DNA from: an uncultured Pelagibacteraceae bacterium
Lineage (GTDB): Bacteria; Pseudomonadota; Alphaproteobacteria; Pelagibacterales; AG-422-B15
Length of the DNA: 64,000 nucleotides
Assembly (NCBI GenBank): GCA_902523455.1
Contig: CABYZG010000006.1
Coordinates: 344 to 64,343 of the forward strand
Reading direction: 5' to 3'
This document shows, in pieces, positions 58,356-64,000 of the stretch. The stretch's first letter is position 1. Every line of letters begins with the position of its first letter. Position numbers and translations under genes: made by a program. The notes beneath the pieces are model-generated. The model had not been told where the DNA came from and searched no databases. It saw only the letters and a list, made by a program, of their open reading frames with translations.

Positions 58356-59033
58356 TTAATTATTTTTGTTTGCTCTTTTAGTTAAATTTTCCATTTTAAC
58401 TTCTAGTTTATTCTTAGTCTGATTAATACTTTTTTCATCTTTTATTGCTGGAATTGCTTCACCCCAGATTATAGTGATTTGATTAAATGGTTTTGGTATA
58501 ATAAATTTATCCCAAGTATTCAGCACCCATTTTTTTTTAAAACCTATTCCTACAGGAAGTATCGATGAATTACTCAGACGGGAGATGCTCAGGATGCCGT
58601 CGCTGACCTTGTGGCGTGGTCCTTTAGGACCGTCGGGCGAGATTCCAATTGAAATACCGTTTTTAAGAGATTTTATCATTTGGCGCGCTGATGTCAGCCC
58701 ACCTTTATTCTTAGTTTTGCCAGATTTATGGGTAGATCCTCTAATAGACTTAAATCCAAGTTTTGATATTAATCTAGCGATTATATCGCCGTCTCTGTGT
58801 TTAGAGATTAATACTTTTATTTCAAATTCACTTTGCCATGTAAGAGGGCAAAATAATAGTTGATCATGCCAAAATGCATAAATGAAAGATTCATTTTTTT
58901 TAAATAACCTATCAATATTTTTTCTATTCTTCAAATTAATCGTAGATGTCTTGTAAACAAATAATACGTACATTGATCCAAGCAAGGATATTAATAATTG
59001 GGTTAATTTAAATCCAGCAATGTATTTTACCAT
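58356..59033 (-). CDS. DUF374-family (lysophospholipid acyltransferase-like) protein
   Basis: 225 aa. It occupies the conserved position between msbA and waaA in Alphaproteobacteria. Confidence 0.7.
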   Translation of the reverse strand: MVKYIAGFKLTQLLISLLGSMYVLFVYKTSTINLKNRKNIDRLFKKNESFIYAFWHDQLLFCPLTWQSEFEIKVLISKHRDGDIIARLISKLGFKSIRGSTHKSGKTKNKGGLTSARQMIKSLKNGISIGISPDGPKGPRHKVSDGILSISRLSNSSILPVGIGFKKKWVLNTWDKFIIPKPFNQITIIWGEAIPAIKDEKSINQTKNKLEVKMENLTKRANKNN

Positions 59034-59039
59034 CAGCTT

Positions 59040-60770
59040 TTAAAATTCACGCTCATATAATTTTTTATAAACGCCATCTTTATTTAATAATTCTTCATGA
59101 GTACCAGTTTCTACAACCGTACCTGAGTCCAAAACAATTATTTGATCTGAATTTATAATCGTACTAAGTCTATGAGCGATTACGAGAGTAGTTCTATCCT
59201 TCATGAGAATACTTATCGCTTTTTGTACAAGATGTTCAGACTCTGTATCAAGACTTGAAGTAGCCTCATCAAGTAAGAGTATTGGTGCGTCTTTAAGAAA
59301 GGCTCTTGCAATTGAAATCCTCTGCTTTTGCCCACCCGATAAACTATAACCTTTTTCACCTACTACAGTTTGATATTTATCTGGAAGTTCATTAATAAAT
59401 TCATCCGCCGCAGCTGCTTTTGCAGCCTTGATGACTTCATCATTAGAAGAGTCTGTTTTACCATATAAAATATTATCATGAACAGACATATCAAATAAAA
59501 TAGGCTCTTGACTTACTAATGCGATTGAAGATCTTACCGATGCAATTGATAATTCCTTTATGTCTTGGTTATCAATTTTAACACTTCCTGTATCAGGGTC
59601 ATAAAATCTTGGTATAAGATTTAGAATTGATGATTTACCTGATCCGCTTGGGCCAACTAAGGCGGTTGTTTTACCGTGCGGGACCTTTAAGCTAATTTCT
59701 TTCAATGCTGAGTTTTTTTGCCCTTCATAAGATAAAGTTACATTTTCAAAAGATATATCTGATTTACTGAGAGATAGATCAGATGCGTTGAGCTTTTCAT
59801 TAATGTAGCTTTTTTGGTCAAGTAATCCAAACACTCTAATTGCTGCTGCAAATCCCTCTTGTAAAGTTGCATTTATTTGAGCTAAGCGTCTTAGAGGTTG
59901 AAAAGCGAGCATCATTGCACCCAAAAATGATACAAATTCGTTTAAAGCCAATTCACCTTGCAGTCCCCTTAAACCTGCATAGTAAAGTGCGCCAGCGATA
60001 CCGAAACCTGCCAGAAATTCTGCAAATGGGGATGCAGCACCTCTTGCATTAATACCTTTCAAAATTTTTTGCATTCTTCGAAATACGGATTTACTTAGCT
60101 TTTCTATTTCCTGCGTTTCCTGTTGATAGGCTTTTACAATTCTTGTTCCATCTAGATTTTCAGACAATATAGAAGCAAGGACACCAGTTTCCTCTTGTGT
60201 TTCTGTTGAGGCTTTTTTTATTCTTTTTCCTAAACGTCTAGTGAGTACCCCAACCAACGGAAAAGCAATTATTGAGATTGTTGCTAGCTGCCAATCTTGA
60301 TAATACATTACACCAACCAGACAAATCAATGTGAGTATATCTTTTACTCCATTTGCTAAACTACTACTTACAGAATCTTGTAACAATGTAACATCGTATA
60401 AGAAATTCGATATTATTTTAGCTGAATGAATTTTATGCAACCAGGCAAGATCTGCATTTATAATTTTCTTAAAAAGTTTTATTTGTGTATCAGCAATAAT
60501 ATTCTGAGCAACTCCATTCAATAATATTATTTGTATGTAAGTAGCTACACTCTTAATAAATAGTGTTAATATTATTGCAATTGGAATTAATAAGAGCATT
60601 GACTCATCTTTATCCAGAAAAATTTTATCAATTGCAGGATCCAAAAGCCAAGCAGTCGCTCCAGTTGCAAGTGCTATGATGACCATAAAAAATAGAGAAC
60701 TAAACAATCTTACTGTATAGGGTTTTATACTGTCCCTAAACAGCCTGATTAGTATTTGCGATCCTGTCAT
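59040..60770 (-). CDS. msbA: Lipid A export-type ABC transporter (fused permease/ATPase)
   Basis: 576 aa with 6 TM segments, then GPSGSGKSS, LSGGQKQR and LLLDEATSSLD. Confidence 0.85.
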   Translation of the reverse strand: MTGSQILIRLFRDSIKPYTVRLFSSLFFMVIIALATGATAWLLDPAIDKIFLDKDESMLLLIPIAIILTLFIKSVATYIQIILLNGVAQNIIADTQIKLFKKIINADLAWLHKIHSAKIISNFLYDVTLLQDSVSSSLANGVKDILTLICLVGVMYYQDWQLATISIIAFPLVGVLTRRLGKRIKKASTETQEETGVLASILSENLDGTRIVKAYQQETQEIEKLSKSVFRRMQKILKGINARGAASPFAEFLAGFGIAGALYYAGLRGLQGELALNEFVSFLGAMMLAFQPLRRLAQINATLQEGFAAAIRVFGLLDQKSYINEKLNASDLSLSKSDISFENVTLSYEGQKNSALKEISLKVPHGKTTALVGPSGSGKSSILNLIPRFYDPDTGSVKIDNQDIKELSIASVRSSIALVSQEPILFDMSVHDNILYGKTDSSNDEVIKAAKAAAADEFINELPDKYQTVVGEKGYSLSGGQKQRISIARAFLKDAPILLLDEATSSLDTESEHLVQKAISILMKDRTTLVIAHRLSTIINSDQIIVLDSGTVVETGTHEELLNKDGVYKKLYEREF

Positions 60771-60835
60771 GAAGAGGTATTCATAATACTATTATCAAAA
60801 ATTTAAATCTAAATATTGATAAATGGCTAAAACTC

Positions 60836-62167
60836 TTATTTTCCAGCTAAAGTCATGCTCTCGATGAGTACTGTTGGGGCATTGGTACGGTATTTAAATT
60901 CTAAATCATTTGCTGCTGATAAATTCATAAATATTTCTTTTAGATTTGAAGCAATTGTTACTTCGCTTACTGCATGCGTTATTTCGCCTTTTTCAATAAG
61001 CATACCGCTCGCTCCCATACTGTAATCGCCAGTGACTAAATTAACACCCATACCAATTAATTCAGTCGCATAAAAACCATAACTAATAGAGGATAAAATA
61101 TCATCGTAACTTTTTAAACCGTTTGTCATGTATAAATTAGAGGTTGATACACCTGGTGGAGAACCAACTGATCTTGATGCGTTTCCAGTAGTTTTTAATC
61201 CTAATTTTTTTGCAGTTGATGTATTTAAGATCCAAGTATTGAGTTTACCGTTTGTAACTAACTCTCTCTTCTTAACTTTAATACCCTCACCATCAAATGG
61301 TTTTGATCCAAGTCCTCTATTAATCGCTGGATCATCTATAATTGTTACGTCTTTATTAAATATTTGTTTACCTAAACTATCTTTAAGAAAACTTGTACCT
61401 CTAGCAATTGACGTTCCCGATATTGAACTTGCTAGATAACCAAGTAGATCATTACTAATTCTTTTGTCAAAAACAACAGGCAATTTTGTTGAACTGATTT
61501 TTTTTGCATTAAGTCTTTTGAGCGTTTTTTCCGCTGCCGATAAACCAATCTCCTTTGCATTTGGTAAATCACTTATATGTCTTTTCACGGCATATTCGTA
61601 ATCCCTTTCCATGTCTTGACCTTGCCCAGCAAGAACTGAACAAGATACAGAACTGCTTGATGATTGATATCCCCCTTGGAAGCCATTACTTGTTGCAAGA
61701 AAGAACTCTCCTTTAGAAGAAGAAGCGCCAGCGCCTTCAGAGTTTGTAATTCCTTTGACTGACAAAGCAGCATCTTCACACTCTTTAACAGCTTCAATTA
61801 ATGTTTCGGTATTTACTTCTTCTTTCTCGAATAAATCTAGATCTGCGGCATCATGTTCAAACATGGAACTATCTCCAAGTACAGCAGTATCATCAATTGG
61901 TGCTAATTTTGCCATTTCAACACATTTTGTAACAAGTTTATCAACATTATCTGTCTCAATGTCCGAAGATGAAACAAAAGCCTGGCGTTGGTCAACTAAT
62001 GCTCTAATACCGATTGTTTTTTCGTTAGACTCATCTAGATCCTCTATTTTCTGAAATCTACAACTAATTGACTTACCATGAGACTTAGCAAGCACAACGT
62101 CACAATCAGATGCGCCTGCTTTGAGAGTTAAATCTATTATGTTTTGAGCTGTTTCTTCAAAATTCAT
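60836..62167 (-). CDS. pmbA: TldD/PmbA-family metalloprotease component
   Basis: 443 aa with the PmbA-like pattern, including C-terminal GDYSMGASG and the TLAG tail. Confidence 0.75.
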   Translation of the reverse strand: MNFEETAQNIIDLTLKAGASDCDVVLAKSHGKSISCRFQKIEDLDESNEKTIGIRALVDQRQAFVSSSDIETDNVDKLVTKCVEMAKLAPIDDTAVLGDSSMFEHDAADLDLFEKEEVNTETLIEAVKECEDAALSVKGITNSEGAGASSSKGEFFLATSNGFQGGYQSSSSSVSCSVLAGQGQDMERDYEYAVKRHISDLPNAKEIGLSAAEKTLKRLNAKKISSTKLPVVFDKRISNDLLGYLASSISGTSIARGTSFLKDSLGKQIFNKDVTIIDDPAINRGLGSKPFDGEGIKVKKRELVTNGKLNTWILNTSTAKKLGLKTTGNASRSVGSPPGVSTSNLYMTNGLKSYDDILSSISYGFYATELIGMGVNLVTGDYSMGASGMLIEKGEITHAVSEVTIASNLKEIFMNLSAANDLEFKYRTNAPTVLIESMTLAGK

Positions 62168-62169
62168 AA

Positions 62170-63021
62170 TTATAAAATACCTATAAATAGGGTTAGAGCA
62201 ACTATCAATCCTAAGTATTGATTACTTTTAAAAATTCTCAAACATTTGCTTTTATTATCTATATCTAGTCTTTTTATTTGGTAAAACAAATGAGCAACAA
62301 CAAAGATCAGTGAAATAAAAAAGTAAATATTCTGATCATGCAATAGTCCAAATAAAATCAAACACAATGCCATCAAACTATAGAAAATGATGATCCATTG
62401 CTTCGTATTATCACCAAACAAAATTGCAGTAGATTTTATTCCTATATTTAAGTCATCCTCTCGATCCTGGTGTGCGTATATTGTGTCATAGCCCAAAGTC
62501 CAAAAAATACCAGCAAGATACAATAACATAATTTGAGTATTTAATTGATTTTCAACAGTGGCATATCCAATCAAACAGCCTATGTTAAATGTGACTCCTA
62601 AGAAAAGCTGCGGCCAATAAGTTATTCTTTTCATTAAAGGATAAAAAATAAACAACACAAAAGAAATTAAACCAATAATAATGGCGAGCAAATTTAGAGA
62701 TAGCAATATGGTGAGACCAATTAAATTAAGTATTGAAAAAATTATGAAAGCTTCAAAAGAAGAAATTGTTCCATTAGCGAGTGGTCTTTGAGATGTTCTT
62801 GATACATGTTTATCTAGATCTTTATCAAAAAAATCATTTATGATACATCCAGCCGATCTCATAACAATTGATCCGATAGCAAATATAAGAAATAAGTAAA
62901 TATTGCTCCATAAGTGCTGGTAGGAATTTGAGGCAGCAAGCAAGCCCCAAAAACATGGCAGCATTAGCAGAAAAAAACCAACAGGCTGCTCTAGACGCAA
63001 TAATTGTGAATATTTTTTCAA
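62170..63021 (-). CDS. ubiA: 4-hydroxybenzoate polyprenyltransferase
   Basis: 283 aa polytopic protein with NDFFDKDLD and the second Asp-rich motif YAHQDREDD. Confidence 0.9.
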   Translation of the reverse strand: MKKYSQLLRLEQPVGFFLLMLPCFWGLLAASNSYQHLWSNIYLFLIFAIGSIVMRSAGCIINDFFDKDLDKHVSRTSQRPLANGTISSFEAFIIFSILNLIGLTILLSLNLLAIIIGLISFVLFIFYPLMKRITYWPQLFLGVTFNIGCLIGYATVENQLNTQIMLLYLAGIFWTLGYDTIYAHQDREDDLNIGIKSTAILFGDNTKQWIIIFYSLMALCLILFGLLHDQNIYFFISLIFVVAHLFYQIKRLDIDNKSKCLRIFKSNQYLGLIVALTLFIGIL

Positions 63022-63062
63022 CTTATCTTTATAAAATAAATAATGATATAACCAATATATAT

Positions 63063-63782
63063 ATGAAAAAAATTAAAAACAGAATTTTTGTAGATAAAAA
63101 AATAAATTTGAATGATCAAATTATTCTTGATGCTAACCAGATACACTATTTAAAGAGTGTTTTGAGAACAAAAAAAAGTGACTATGTTTCAGTTTTTAAT
63201 CGTGAGCTACTTTGTTTAACTAAAGTTATTAGTATTACAAAAAATAAGTGTGAATTAGAAATAATTGATCAAAAAAAAATAGAAAGCGAAGATCATAATA
63301 TAACTCTATTTTTTTCTCCTATAAAACGTACACCTCTAGAAATCATGATACAAAAGTGCTCAGAAATTGGAATTTCAGTTTTTCAGCCAGTAATTATGGA
63401 GAGAACTAATATGAAGAATATTAATTTTGAAAGACTTAGACTAATTGCTGTTGAAGCGTGTGAGCAGTCTAATCGAAATAAGATACCAGAAATTAATAAA
63501 CCTATATTATTTACCACAATGATTAATGATAACTCTTTAGCAAGTTATTTATATTGCTCGTTAGATAATAATGAAGAAAAAATAAAGAATATGAAACTGA
63601 CCAAAAATGAAGCAATCGGTATAATCATAGGACCTGAAGGAGATTTTTCAGCTAAAGAGTATGAAATTTTAAAATCAAAGAAAAAATCTATTGGTGTTAC
63701 ACTTGGGCCAAATATTTTAAAATCAGAAACTGCTGCAATTACGGCGACCTCAATTATTATGGACAAAATTTATAATGCTTAA
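63063..63782 (+). CDS. rsmE: 16S rRNA (uracil1498-N3)-methyltransferase
   Basis: The preferred start is MKKIKNRIFVD. The ORF-track start at 62928 would overlap ubiA by 94 nt. IIIGPEGDFS and LGPNILKSETA are present. Confidence 0.85.
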   Translation: MKKIKNRIFVDKKINLNDQIILDANQIHYLKSVLRTKKSDYVSVFNRELLCLTKVISITKNKCELEIIDQKKIESEDHNITLFFSPIKRTPLEIMIQKCSEIGISVFQPVIMERTNMKNINFERLRLIAVEACEQSNRNKIPEINKPILFTTMINDNSLASYLYCSLDNNEEKIKNMKLTKNEAIGIIIGPEGDFSAKEYEILKSKKKSIGVTLGPNILKSETAAITATSIIMDKIYNA

Positions 63783-64000
63783 CAAAAGTGATCTAATAAA
63801 ATATTTTGAAAACGGTATTAAGAATACCTCTGAAATTAAAATAGGAACCGAACATGAGAAATTTATTTATCATAAAAGTGATCTTAGTTTAGTATCCTTT
63901 AGCGGCGATGTAAGTATAAGCTCAATTTTTGACGACTTTATAAATGATGGTTGGACACCAGTAGAAGAGAATGAAAATATTATTGCACTTAATAAAGATA
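63775..64000 (+). CDS. gshA: Glutamate--cysteine ligase (plant/alphaproteobacterial GCS2 type), N-terminal fragment running off the window
   Basis: Hand-read ORF MLNKSDLIKYFENGIKNTSEIKIGTEHEKFIY..., open to nt 64000. The IGTEHEKF motif is characteristic. It overlaps rsmE by 8 nt. Confidence 0.65.
   Translation, partial: MLNKSDLIKYFENGIKNTSEIKIGTEHEKFIYHKSDLSLVSFSGDVSISSIFDDFINDGWTPVEENENIIALNKD

Noticed and set aside
62928-63062. N-terminal extension of rsmE (ORF-track start 62928)
   Set aside because: It overlaps ubiA on the opposite strand by 94 nt. The RsmE-like sequence only begins at MKKIKNRIFVD (63063).

Overview
This is an AT-rich, very gene-dense chromosomal segment. Most neighbouring genes abut or overlap by 1-16 nt. 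It looks like a streamlined marine alphaproteobacterium (SAR11/Pelagibacterales-like). That placement is an inference from composition, from alphaproteobacterial synteny (dcd-murA-DUF2948-hisD-infA-maf, hisS-hisZ-hisG, HAD-ribF-ileS-lspA, msbA-DUF374-waaA-lpxK-lpxL) and from a tRNA-His gene that lacks G-1. I saw no rRNA, CRISPR array, IS element, integrase or prophage genes. Most of the window is ordinary housekeeping: groESL, ileS, murA, purD, xseA, the his genes, lipid A/Kdo genes, ubiA, rsmD/rsmE and tadA. Four regions deserve attention. (1) Positions 1-8354 hold the 3' part of a giant VCBS/cadherin-like repeat adhesin gene. It is translationally coupled to an orphan three-gene module of three different HlyD-type adaptors. 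One adaptor carries a GAF-like cytoplasmic domain. Another is fused to an intact M50 (site-2-type) metalloprotease with a PqqD/RRE-like N-terminus. No pump or TolC gene is in view. (2) Positions 8355-8428 (minus strand) form a GC-rich 74-nt tRNA-Thr(GGU)-like cloverleaf with an encoded CCA. Its D- and T-loops are non-canonical in a way that looks compensatory, and it abuts the M50 gene stop codon. (3) Positions 12529-19410 form a compact zinc-acquisition island (znuA / znuCB-zur / ZrgABC-like plus DUF3299). It has two palindromic Zur-box candidates and long His/Asp/Glu tandem repeats. (4) Several tight accessory catabolic clusters are present: Rieske oxygenase-M20-M24, a split ACAD10/11-like kinase plus acyl-CoA dehydrogenase pair, and DUF3604 plus beta-carbonic anhydrase. 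There is also a short SbmA/BacA-like transporter. The few long intergenic gaps contain candidate small ORFs. All functional calls rest on motif and family recognition by eye from the translated ORFs; no database search was run.
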